Part shown: piece after piece, positions 55,968 to 64,000 of the stretch
How the letters are laid out: each line of letters starts with the position of its first letter
How positions within the stretch are numbered: position 1 is the stretch's first letter
Assembly: GCA_964424615.1 (NCBI GenBank)
Contig: CAYRIU010000033.1
Coordinates: 247 to 64,246 of the forward strand
DNA length: 64,000 bases
Source of the DNA: an uncultured Gammaproteobacteria bacterium
GTDB lineage: Bacteria > Patescibacteriota > Patescibacteriia > UBA1558 > GWA2-36-10
Reading direction: 5' to 3'
The notes under the pieces: generated by a model
The model's database searches: none
What the model saw: only the letters and a program-made list of their open reading frames with translations
What the model was told of the DNA's origin: nothing
Made by a program: the position numbers and the translations under genes

Positions 55968-57644
55968 ATGAATATATTGGGATTGAATGGTTGGAGGTTC
56001 AGATCACACGATGCAGCCGCCTGTATTGTAAAGAATGGTCGACTTATTTTTGCTGTTGAAGAAGAAAGAATAACTAGGAAAAAACATTCTTTTGATCTTC
56101 CGCCTATACAATCCACCCTTCATGCTTTGCAGTATGCCAATTTAACAATAGACGACATTGATCTCATAACTTTTGGTTGGGATATAACTAAGTTATTTAA
56201 TAAAAAACCGACCGAGAAGGAGATATTTGAAGTTTTATTGCCCAGAAAAATTTTTTTGTATAAAAAAAGACCCAAGATTATTTTTGTACCACATCATTTA
56301 GCTCATGCTTATTATGCTTATTATTCATCTCCATTTGTTGGTCAACAGACAAACATTTTAATTTTAGATGGTCAAGGAGAAGAGGAATCAATATCTTTTG
56401 GTAGTGCATCTGGCAGGGGCGTTTTTTTAGACGGCACCATACCGGCGTCCCAATCTTTGGGTTATTTTTATGGAGCTGTTTGTAGATTTTTAGGCTATTC
56501 CAATTTAGATGGTGGAAAGTTGATGGGTTTAGCCCCCTATGGTCATCACGAAAATGTAAATGTTAGCAAAAAATTTAATTATCATCATAGTCAAATATCA
56601 AATTTTCCTAAAATAGCTACAAAAGGAATTGATATTGAAGAAAAAACTATCTCCTGGTGGCTAAATTATTTTGAGAGATATTTTCATTTGAAACCTTTCC
56701 ACAAAAAATATATATTTTCCTCGTCATTTAGATTTGAAAAAGAGCGTAATGATTATATTATTAGTGCCCAAGCACATATTGCCCATACAGCTCAGCAAAT
56801 ATTAGAAAAGATTATTTTGCAAATGTCAGGGTATCTGCAAGATAGGTATAAAAATGATAGATTAGTATTAGCTGGTGGCGTTGCACTTAATTGTGCCGCT
56901 AACCAAAAAATTCAAGAAGTTAATAATATTAAAATTCACATACCATCTTCACCAGCTGATTCTGGTGTAGCTATAGGCTCTGCTATTTATGGTGCTATAA
57001 AAAATAAAGAAATATTATCTCGCATTAGTACGCCTTATTTGGGTTCAGATTATCATGGTAATCAAATAAAGGAAGTTTTAGATAAAAATAAAATTGCTTA
57101 TAAATACACAAAGAGGCCAGAAGAATTAGCGGTCCGTTTATTAAAAAAGAATTATTTAATAGGCTGGTTTCAGGGTAGGGCAGAGTTTGGCCCTCGTGCT
57201 TTAGGCAATAGAAGTATATTGGCCAATCCATTGTTTCAGGAAAATCATGAGAGGTTAAACAAACTGAAAGGCAGAGAACAGTGGCGACCATTGGGTATTA
57301 GCATTATAGAGGAAGAATTTAAAAATTATTTTGAAGGAATAGGGGCCTCTCCTTACATGATGATTACAAGCAAGGCCAATAAAAGAATGAGAAAGATTTG
57401 TCCAGCTATTATTCACGTAGATGGGACCTCTCGTCCGCAGCTCGTAAAAAAGAAAGATAATCCTTTATTTTACAGCTTGATTAAGAGTTTTGGTAAGCGG
57501 AGTACTTGCTCATTTGTTATTAATACTTCTTTTAATCGTTATGATGAGCCAATAGTAAATAGTCCAGAAGATGCCATAAGGACATTTTTTACCACTTCTT
57601 TAGATGTATTAATATTAGATCATTATGCCATATTTAAAAGATAA
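55968..57644 (+). CDS. NodU/CmcH-family carbamoyltransferase
   Basis: N-terminal MNILGLNGWRFRSHDAAACIVKNGRLIFAVEEERITRKKHS and overall 558-aa architecture typical of O-carbamoyltransferases. Confidence 0.75.
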   Translation: MNILGLNGWRFRSHDAAACIVKNGRLIFAVEEERITRKKHSFDLPPIQSTLHALQYANLTIDDIDLITFGWDITKLFNKKPTEKEIFEVLLPRKIFLYKKRPKIIFVPHHLAHAYYAYYSSPFVGQQTNILILDGQGEEESISFGSASGRGVFLDGTIPASQSLGYFYGAVCRFLGYSNLDGGKLMGLAPYGHHENVNVSKKFNYHHSQISNFPKIATKGIDIEEKTISWWLNYFERYFHLKPFHKKYIFSSSFRFEKERNDYIISAQAHIAHTAQQILEKIILQMSGYLQDRYKNDRLVLAGGVALNCAANQKIQEVNNIKIHIPSSPADSGVAIGSAIYGAIKNKEILSRISTPYLGSDYHGNQIKEVLDKNKIAYKYTKRPEELAVRLLKKNYLIGWFQGRAEFGPRALGNRSILANPLFQENHERLNKLKGREQWRPLGISIIEEEFKNYFEGIGASPYMMITSKANKRMRKICPAIIHVDGTSRPQLVKKKDNPLFYSLIKSFGKRSTCSFVINTSFNRYDEPIVNSPEDAIRTFFTTSLDVLILDHYAIFKR

Positions 57645-58296
57645 AATTTTAGTAATAGCTCCCCATCATGATGACGAAATTTTGGGTTGCGGCGGGTTTA
57701 TAAAAAAAAGTGTAGATTCTGGTAATTCGGTAGCAATTTTATTTATCACGAGTGGTTGGAGTGGTATTAAGGAGAAAAAAATGTCCACACAGGAAAAAAT
57801 AAACATTCGTGAAGGAGAGGCTAAAAAGGCCAATGGTATTTTGGGTGTTAAAAAATTAATTTTTTTAAGAAAGGAAGATCGAGCTATTTATGCTGATAAG
57901 AAGTTGCTGATAGATATAGTTAGGATCATACAGAAAGTTCAACCACAAATTATGCTTTGCCCACACAAAGATGATGCTGATTTTGAGCACAAAATAATCA
58001 ATAGATTAACCAAAGAGGCTATTTGGCTGGCTCGAGATGGTAATTTGGTTAATAATTTATCAGCGGCCAAGGGTTTAAATAAAATTTTGTTCTATGAAGT
58101 CTGGACACCAATTCTAAAACCAAATTTTTATGTCAATATTACTGATCAAATTGAGACCAAAAATTTGGCTCTGATGCAATATAAAAGTCAACTACGACAG
58201 AGGTCATATTCTGACATGGCAGTCGGTTTGAATATGTTTAGGGGTGGCTTGAAGGGTTATAAATATGCAGAAGCTTTTGTGGAACAGAAAATATGA
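57625..58296 (+). CDS. PIG-L/LmbE-family N-acetylglucosaminyl deacetylase
   Basis: ILVIAPHHDDEILGCGG zinc-binding motif. Confidence 0.75.
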   Translation: MPYLKDKILVIAPHHDDEILGCGGFIKKSVDSGNSVAILFITSGWSGIKEKKMSTQEKINIREGEAKKANGILGVKKLIFLRKEDRAIYADKKLLIDIVRIIQKVQPQIMLCPHKDDADFEHKIINRLTKEAIWLARDGNLVNNLSAAKGLNKILFYEVWTPILKPNFYVNITDQIETKNLALMQYKSQLRQRSYSDMAVGLNMFRGGLKGYKYAEAFVEQKI

Positions 58297-59120
58297 ACAA
58301 ATATCCAATCTCTATAGTTATACCATGCTCTGATGACGTACTCATTAAAAATTGTTTAGATTCTATAGACGTAGAAGTTGAGATTGTTGTTTCTTTAAAT
58401 AGGCCATCTAGAGCTGTTAGAGACATACTTATTGATTATCCCCAGGTCAAAATAATTGAAACAGATAAACAGGGCATTGCTTTGGCATATAATAATGGTA
58501 TTGAGGCAAGTGATAACGACTGGATTCTTTTGATGGATTCAGACTGTACTTTTTCTCCTGGTTCCATATTCATGCTATGGTCTATGACTAGTAATTTTTT
58601 GGTTATTAAAGGGAAAACAATTTTTTTATCCACGGATTTTGTTTCATCTATTATAGCTAAAGTGAGAGAATTTACGACCAGTGATAAAGTAAATGCTTAT
58701 TCTCCACCACTCTTGTTCAACAAAAATATCATCAAGCACATTGGTTATTATTTTCATCCATATTTGGTTTGGTCGGAGGATGGGGATTTTAATAATAGAA
58801 TAAAATCTAATAATATACCCATTGCTTATGTTCCTGAGGCAACTATATTACATAAACCATTAAAATTTAGCCAAGATATAAAGAGTGCCTTTCGTTATGG
58901 TATCGGTAGACAGATTGGAAAGGATTTAAAGGTATATAAGCCACACACCATCAAGTCATTTTTTGGTAATGTAATTTTGGTGTTAACAAATACCTTTAGT
59001 ATTATTGTTAAAAAAGGTTTTTTTTCAGCAATTTATTATTTTTTATTTTGGAATTCGGCATTTCGTTTGGGTACATTTTTGCAAAACAAATTTCATTTAT
59101 ATAAGCATAAAAAATTATGA
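58293..59120 (+). CDS. family 2 glycosyltransferase
   Basis: ISIVIPCSDD N-terminus, DSD (DxD) motif, 275 aa. Confidence 0.65.
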   Translation: MNKYPISIVIPCSDDVLIKNCLDSIDVEVEIVVSLNRPSRAVRDILIDYPQVKIIETDKQGIALAYNNGIEASDNDWILLMDSDCTFSPGSIFMLWSMTSNFLVIKGKTIFLSTDFVSSIIAKVREFTTSDKVNAYSPPLLFNKNIIKHIGYYFHPYLVWSEDGDFNNRIKSNNIPIAYVPEATILHKPLKFSQDIKSAFRYGIGRQIGKDLKVYKPHTIKSFFGNVILVLTNTFSIIVKKGFFSAIYYFLFWNSAFRLGTFLQNKFHLYKHKKL

Positions 59121-59818
59121 ATATTAAACACAAATCAATTTTACTACTTTCCGGAGGCTTGGATTCTTTTATTGCTTGGCATTATTTAAATTGTCCACCA
59201 GTTTTATTCATTGATGCGGGGCAATCTTATGTTAGAAAAGAATTAAAATCAGTTAAAAATATTGCTAGCAAATATAAAAGAATGGAGTTGCACATAGATA
59301 ATTCACTACATTTATCTAGGTGGGAAGAGAAAAATCACTATATTCCCTATAGGAATGTTTTGTTCTCCATGGTGGCTAGCTTGTATGCCCAAAAGGTTTA
59401 TTTGATTGGTGTGAAAGGTGATTCGGTTGATGATAATAATCCAAAAGCTACAAAATTAATGTCTAACTTTTTTTTGAATTTTAATGATAATAAGAAAACA
59501 GTTGTTACAAGTCCGTTTTACCATATGAGTAAAAGTCAGGTAGTAAGGTGGTATGTGAAACAGGGTCTGCCAGTAAAAAATCTTTTATTGACGCGTTCTT
59601 GTTATGATAGAAATACTCTCGGGCAATGTGGTAGATGTGGTAGTTGTTTTCGAAGATGGGTGGCTCTAGAAAATAACAATATTAAGGAAAAATATGATTC
59701 TCCGCCTTGGAAATGGTCCGAGGTCAAGCATTATGTGAGTAAAATGAAAGCCGGCCTTTATGATCAGGATAGGGTGGAGGAGACCTTTTTTGCACTTAGA
59801 AAATATATAAAAATATGA
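59117..59818 (+). CDS. QueC-like PP-loop ATPase (7-cyano-7-deazaguanine synthase family)
   Basis: SGGLDS PP-loop and C-terminal zinc cluster CYDRNTLGQCGRCGSCFRRW in QueC-like positions. Confidence 0.65.
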   Translation: MNIKHKSILLLSGGLDSFIAWHYLNCPPVLFIDAGQSYVRKELKSVKNIASKYKRMELHIDNSLHLSRWEEKNHYIPYRNVLFSMVASLYAQKVYLIGVKGDSVDDNNPKATKLMSNFFLNFNDNKKTVVTSPFYHMSKSQVVRWYVKQGLPVKNLLLTRSCYDRNTLGQCGRCGSCFRRWVALENNNIKEKYDSPPWKWSEVKHYVSKMKAGLYDQDRVEETFFALRKYIKI

Positions 59819-60135
59819 TCAAATCAATACCTTTGGACTATAAAATTTCTGGCACTAAGATTTTTTTGCCATTTAAAGCAATCTGTTCTGTGACAAATAA
59901 AAGTTTTTCCGGTAATGTTATAATAGAATATCACCCACAAGGGATGGCATTAGAATACGTTGATGCGGAGAAGGTTATAGATAATATTGCTAGTTCCAGA
60001 ATAACTGCCGAAGATTTAGCGCATTTGGTATTTAAAGAAGTGGAACAATCTATCAAGCCAAAATATATTAAAGTTACAATTGATGTTCAACACTCCGAAG
60101 CACATCGTCCGGTGGAAGTGTGGGTTGAAAATTAA
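59815..60135 (+). CDS. divergent QueF-family T-fold protein (106 aa) lacking the canonical NADPH-binding QueF motif
   Basis: Alignable to unimodular QueF around the catalytic Cys (FKAICSVTNKS vs FTSLCPKTGQPD) and the E/HED region. The E(S/L)K(S/A)hK(L/Y)(Y/F/W) motif is replaced by EYVDAEKVI. Confidence 0.45.
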   Translation: MIKSIPLDYKISGTKIFLPFKAICSVTNKSFSGNVIIEYHPQGMALEYVDAEKVIDNIASSRITAEDLAHLVFKEVEQSIKPKYIKVTIDVQHSEAHRPVEVWVEN

Positions 60136-60147
60136 TTAATTTAAAAT

Positions 60148-60846
60148 ATGAATCTAATTTTATTAGTTTTTTGGATCATTGCTATTACCAGCTTTACTTT
60201 GTTGGGCAGTTGGTATGTCAAAAAATATAATAAGCCCGATCTACTTATTGGTTTATATGTAACTTTTATTTTGGTAGCTCAAATTTTAGCATCCAAGATA
60301 GCAGTTTATGATTTGGGCTTCAAGAATTTTTTTGGTCCTAGCGGTGTTTTGGTATTCCCAATAACTTATTTACTAACAGATATTGTAAATGAAAGATTTG
60401 GTAGAAAAGAGACGCAAAAAATGATCTTGATAGCCTTTATTTCGCAGTTAGCTATGGTTTTTTTCTTTTGGTTGGGCGTGAAGCTGCCCCCGGCTTCTTT
60501 TTGGGTGATGCAGGGGGAGTGGGAGCAAATTTTTAATTTTGTACCAAGGATAACTTTGGCTAGTTGGGTGGCCTTTATAATTACAGAAAATTTTGATGCC
60601 TACGTGTATTCTTGGTTTAAAAAATTAACTCACAATAGGCATCTTTGGATGAGGAATATTTTTAGTTCTTTACCGGCATTATTATTGGATAGTGTTATTT
60701 TTATACCATTGGCTTTTTTAGGTTCAATGCCACTTTGGCCACTGATTGTTGGTCAGACAGCTGTTAAGTGGTTGGTTGGAATTATAAATGTTCCCTTTAT
60801 GTATATGAATAAAGCTATAATTGGTAAAAATGTTGTGGAGAAATAG
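60148..60846 (+). CDS. YhhQ/QueT-family queuosine-precursor transporter
   Basis: Six TM helices with VLVFPITYLLTDIVNERFG signature of the YhhQ family. Confidence 0.7.
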   Translation: MNLILLVFWIIAITSFTLLGSWYVKKYNKPDLLIGLYVTFILVAQILASKIAVYDLGFKNFFGPSGVLVFPITYLLTDIVNERFGRKETQKMILIAFISQLAMVFFFWLGVKLPPASFWVMQGEWEQIFNFVPRITLASWVAFIITENFDAYVYSWFKKLTHNRHLWMRNIFSSLPALLLDSVIFIPLAFLGSMPLWPLIVGQTAVKWLVGIINVPFMYMNKAIIGKNVVEK

Positions 60847-60882
60847 AAAATTATTTCTCCCCAAACAATTTATGATATAAAT

Positions 60883-61335
60883 ATGTCAAACCTCAATTCA
60901 CAAATCTTACACTCAATCGTAGTCAGCGCTGTGATCGAAAAAGACGGCAAAATTTTGATATCACAGCGAAGCTTTGAAGAAAAACACGAGCCTGGTAAAT
61001 GGACTATACCAGGTGGTAAAATAGAGGTTACTCCAGGAGACGTTTTTCATATTTTAGAAAAAACACTAGCCAAAGAGGTAGAGGAAGAGGTTGGTATAAA
61101 AATATCAGCGAATGTTGAATTACTGACTAATAACACCTTTATACGCTCCGATGGTACGCATGTAGTAGCTTTGATGTTTTTTTGTCACTATGAATCTGGG
61201 GATGTAAAAGCTTTGGAGGACACGCTTGATGTCAGGTGGGTAAATGAAGACGAATTATCCAATTATAATTTTTCACCAAATGTTCAAGGGTATATTAAGT
61301 TAGCCTTTAAAAAAATTCATGCCAAAAATCACTGA
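60883..61335 (+). CDS. NUDIX hydrolase
   Basis: Nudix box GGKIEVTPGDVFHILEKTLAKEVEEEVGI. Confidence 0.75.
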   Translation: MSNLNSQILHSIVVSAVIEKDGKILISQRSFEEKHEPGKWTIPGGKIEVTPGDVFHILEKTLAKEVEEEVGIKISANVELLTNNTFIRSDGTHVVALMFFCHYESGDVKALEDTLDVRWVNEDELSNYNFSPNVQGYIKLAFKKIHAKNH

Positions 61336-61930
61336 TAAAAAACTAAAATTATTTATAAAAAATATCAAAAAAGAATTTGATGTATTTTTTGATTTTAAAA
61401 TAAAAGATCCCTCTTTATACTTTGTGGCTAGTCGTCAAGATTTTGATGTAATAGTAGGCAGAAAAACTGAGAATTGGCTCGTAGGAATTGCTAGAGCCAA
61501 TAGTATTTATATTTTGGATCGTAAAATTTTCGCTAAAGAATCAAATCATAAAAAAGAAGAATTTTGGTTCATACTCAAACACGAATATAGTCATATTTAT
61601 TATACACAAATAACCAAAAGTCATTATCCTGTTTGGCTCAATGAGGGATTAGCTAGTCATCTTTCTGGAAAGAAAATAGTTATTAAAGAGAAAGATCGGG
61701 GGAAATTACTTAATGTTTTTGATTATTATAATAAAGGTGGTAAAGACCTCTACACAATTAGTCAATATTGGGTAGAATTTTTACTCAAAGAATATGGGCA
61801 GAAAAAATTAATCAAATTGATAAAATCTTTGGATATCAAAGAAGAATTAAGTAGTAATTACTTTAATAAACAATTTTATAGAATATACGGTTTTAAGTTT
61901 AATAAAAAAACTTTTGTTAAATTTTTATAG
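61319..61930 (+). CDS. putative gluzincin-type metallopeptidase (HExxH...NEG)
   Basis: HEYSHIYYTQITKSHYPVWLNEGLASH: HExxH plus a downstream Glu in M1-like spacing. Confidence 0.35.
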   Translation: MPKITDKKLKLFIKNIKKEFDVFFDFKIKDPSLYFVASRQDFDVIVGRKTENWLVGIARANSIYILDRKIFAKESNHKKEEFWFILKHEYSHIYYTQITKSHYPVWLNEGLASHLSGKKIVIKEKDRGKLLNVFDYYNKGGKDLYTISQYWVEFLLKEYGQKKLIKLIKSLDIKEELSSNYFNKQFYRIYGFKFNKKTFVKFL

Positions 61931-62525
61931 TATGCCCAGCATAGTCATCGCCACCAAAAATCCACATAAACAGAAAAAGCTAATTGAAATAGTGCAAGAT
62001 TATTTCACGCCTTTGTTGCTTGATGAGAAAATACCAGAGCCAGAAGAAAATGGTAAAGATTTTTTGGAAATTGCAGAGAATAAAGCTATTTACTATTCTT
62101 TAGCTACTAAATCTTTGGCCATTTCTAGTGATGCTGGAGCAGTGATACCGTCTGTGCCTGAGTGGGATCCATTGCATACCAAGCGTTTTGCTGATACCGA
62201 TGAAGAGAGGATAGATAAATTGTTAGCCATGATGGAGGGTAACACCGATCGCACCATTCGTTGGTTTGAAGCCATGGCTGTAGCCAAAGACGGTAAAATA
62301 CAATTTTCGGCTTTAGTTGAGGCTAGACGTGGTAAAATAGCCACTCATTTTGATAAGAGTAGATATCAAGATGGTATGTGGATGTCTTCTATCACGGAGT
62401 TCCCACAATTTGGCAATAAGAATTTTTTTGAGCTAACACCAGCAGAAAGAGCAAAAACAGAAAATTCTTGGGCTCAGCTCAAAGTAAAATTTGCTAAATT
62501 TATGGCTAAAAGTGATTTAAAATAA
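61914..62525 (+). CDS. Ham1/RdgB-family non-canonical purine NTP pyrophosphatase
   Basis: SIVIATKNPHKQKKLIEIV N-terminal motif typical of RdgB/ITPase. Confidence 0.6.
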   Translation: MLNFYSMPSIVIATKNPHKQKKLIEIVQDYFTPLLLDEKIPEPEENGKDFLEIAENKAIYYSLATKSLAISSDAGAVIPSVPEWDPLHTKRFADTDEERIDKLLAMMEGNTDRTIRWFEAMAVAKDGKIQFSALVEARRGKIATHFDKSRYQDGMWMSSITEFPQFGNKNFFELTPAERAKTENSWAQLKVKFAKFMAKSDLK

Positions 62526-62528
62526 TAT

Positions 62529-62945
62529 ATGACCACTCGCGTCCGTGCCATTATTATCAAAAATAATAAGATCCTTTTACTGAAAAGGAAAAAGGATAAT
62601 ATTGTTTATTGGGTTTTGCCGGGTGGTCAAGTAGAAAATGGAGAAATCAATGAACTAGCTCTAGCTAGGGAATGCCTAGAAGAGTTGGGCGTCCAAATAA
62701 AAGTCAAAGAATTAATTCACGAAATGCTCTCTAAATATGCAGAGCTTTATGGTCAAAGGGAGTATTTTTTTAATTGTGAAATTTTGGGTGGCACACTTGG
62801 CTCTGGTGTCGGGCCAGAATGGCGGCCCAATAGTGGCTACCAAGGAAATTATCAGATAGAATGGTTAGATTTAAATAATTTATCAGAAATTGACTTGAAG
62901 CCAGTGGAGATGAAAAAAATTATATCAAATAAATTAATCAATTAA
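62529..62945 (+). CDS. NUDIX hydrolase
   Basis: Nudix box GGQVENGEINELALARECLEELGV. Confidence 0.75.
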   Translation: MTTRVRAIIIKNNKILLLKRKKDNIVYWVLPGGQVENGEINELALARECLEELGVQIKVKELIHEMLSKYAELYGQREYFFNCEILGGTLGSGVGPEWRPNSGYQGNYQIEWLDLNNLSEIDLKPVEMKKIISNKLIN

Positions 62946-63092
62946 TCTATTGTGAGGCGGTTTTTGAGCCGCTTTTTGGCCGCACAAAAGGCGGCAAAAG
63001 ATTAAAAATTTCGTCTTCCATTTACTCTAAAAAAATGTTATAATTCCAGACACTTATAGGAGTGTAATTTTGTTAATTTTATAAAAAAATAT

Positions 63093-63485
63093 ATGAAAAT
63101 TGGTCATTCTATTACTTTTTTGGCTGTGGTCATGCTGGTAGCTTCCGGCTTTTTTTTCTTTTTTAAGCACTATGAAGCGGCGGAAAATCGTATTTTATTA
63201 CAGTCATTGGGTTGTACTTCAGAAAAAATTGATAAATCTATCACAGCTTTGGCTGCTGATACCAAGACAGTAGGTGCTCTAGTGGCTTTTGATCGTACGC
63301 CTATCAGTGACGATGTACGTAAACAGATAGATGATTTGAATATTGAGATTGATGAAGCCAACTGGGTTTTGGATTATGGTCACTTAGAGATTCCGACCAA
63401 GAGTCTGTGTGCTCTGGTCAAGCTACCTCAAGTAACGAGAATATTTATCCCTAGCCAACAATATGGAATTACGATCAATCAATAA
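63093..63485 (+). CDS. hypothetical membrane-anchored protein
   Basis: N-terminal TM helix (ITFLAVVMLVASGFFFFF), 130 aa. Confidence 0.35.
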   Translation: MKIGHSITFLAVVMLVASGFFFFFKHYEAAENRILLQSLGCTSEKIDKSITALAADTKTVGALVAFDRTPISDDVRKQIDDLNIEIDEANWVLDYGHLEIPTKSLCALVKLPQVTRIFIPSQQYGITINQ

Positions 63486-64000
63486 AGCTACCCTCAAAAA
63501 CAAAAGAGTACTTTTGCGCTTGGATCTCAATGTCCCGATCCACAATGGTCGGGTACCCAAAGATGGTCAGGAGAGGATTTTGCGGGCACTGCCGACTATT
63601 AAATTTTTGCTAGCCAAAAAAGCTAGTGTTATTATTGTCGCTCACCTAGGTAGACCAGAGGGGCAAGTAGTAGAGAAGTATTCTTTAAAACCCGTGGCTC
63701 TGGCTTTGCAGAAAATTTTGGGTAAAAAAATTATTTTTTGGTCAGGAGATTTTGCTAGTCATATTGCGGAGAGTAAAAATTTGAAACCTGGTCAAATAGT
63801 TTTGTTAGAAAATATTCGTTTTTATCCTGAGGAGCAAAAAGGTGATAAAATGTTTGCCAAAAAATTGAGTCAATTGGCTGATGTTTATATCAACGATGCT
63901 TTTGGCAATATTCATCGCTCTGATGCCTCTATGCTGGCTATTACTTATTATTTGCCTAGCTATGCTGGATTTTTGTTGCAAGATGAGATCAAAAATTTAT
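63463..64000 (+). CDS. pgk: phosphoglycerate kinase (5' partial, runs off the window)
   Basis: MELRSINQ...KRVLLRLDLNVPIHNGRV...ASVIIVAHLGRPEG canonical PGK N-terminus; no stop before the window end. Confidence 0.85.
   Translation, partial: MELRSINKATLKNKRVLLRLDLNVPIHNGRVPKDGQERILRALPTIKFLLAKKASVIIVAHLGRPEGQVVEKYSLKPVALALQKILGKKIIFWSGDFASHIAESKNLKPGQIVLLENIRFYPEEQKGDKMFAKKLSQLADVYINDAFGNIHRSDASMLAITYYLPSYAGFLLQDEIKNL

Noticed and set aside
1-64000. Alternative genetic code (UGA-recoding as in some CPR lineages)
   Set aside because: Long genes (dnaE 1144 aa, mfd 983 aa, the 939-aa HK, thrS, metG) are uninterrupted under the standard code, and stops fall where homologs end.
1-64000. Classical IS elements, transposases, integrases, prophage or CRISPR-Cas genes
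   Set aside because: No DDE, serine or tyrosine recombinase, Cas or phage structural signatures found in any frame. Mobility signals are limited to the inverted-repeat-bounded GIY-YIG unit and the palindromic repeats.

Overview
AT-rich (about 35% GC) bacterial chromosome segment with small, tightly packed housekeeping genes. I read it as a reduced-genome, CPR/Patescibacteria-like organism; that is inference from gene content, short proteins, sigma70-type promoters and intrinsic terminators. Clear calls include smpB with the 5' end of tmRNA, mfd, a dCMP-deaminase/thyA/folA/dut/tmk nucleotide cluster, gatB, miaA, a thrS-guaB-miaB operon behind a T-box leader, dnaE, a SEDS protein, rplY, prmC-prfA, rpmE, rpsB-tsf, gap, cysS, metG, a large 7TM-GAF histidine kinase and pgk. 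Standard genetic code; no rRNA, CRISPR or classical transposase found. Non-housekeeping content: (1) an 85-aa GIY-YIG nuclease gene exactly bounded by 15-bp terminal inverted repeats, plus a 56-bp solo copy of the same inverted repeats in the rpsB leader, i.e. a candidate GIY-YIG-based mobile element with a MITE-like derivative; (2) two families of GTCAT...ATGAC-ended palindromic multi-hairpin repeats, one copy of which supplies the last codons of miaB; (3) three compositionally foreign GC-rich cassettes (50-60% GC) with their own promoters and terminators, one of which has high-GC-organism codon usage and sits behind a strongly structured ~130-nt leader RNA; (4) two tandem tRNA-like genes with canonical acceptor, D and T arms and encoded CCA but 10- and 13-nt anticodon loops; (5) a tandem array of three standalone 7TM sensor-domain paralogs next to a 7TM-GAF protein; (6) a cluster joining QueC-like, divergent QueF-like and YhhQ-like genes to a NodU-type carbamoyltransferase, an LmbE-type deacetylase, a GT2 glycosyltransferase and an Erm/KsgA-like methyltransferase; (7) a promoter-to-terminator ~215-nt sRNA candidate. 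Recurrent GC-rich terminator modules are also present.
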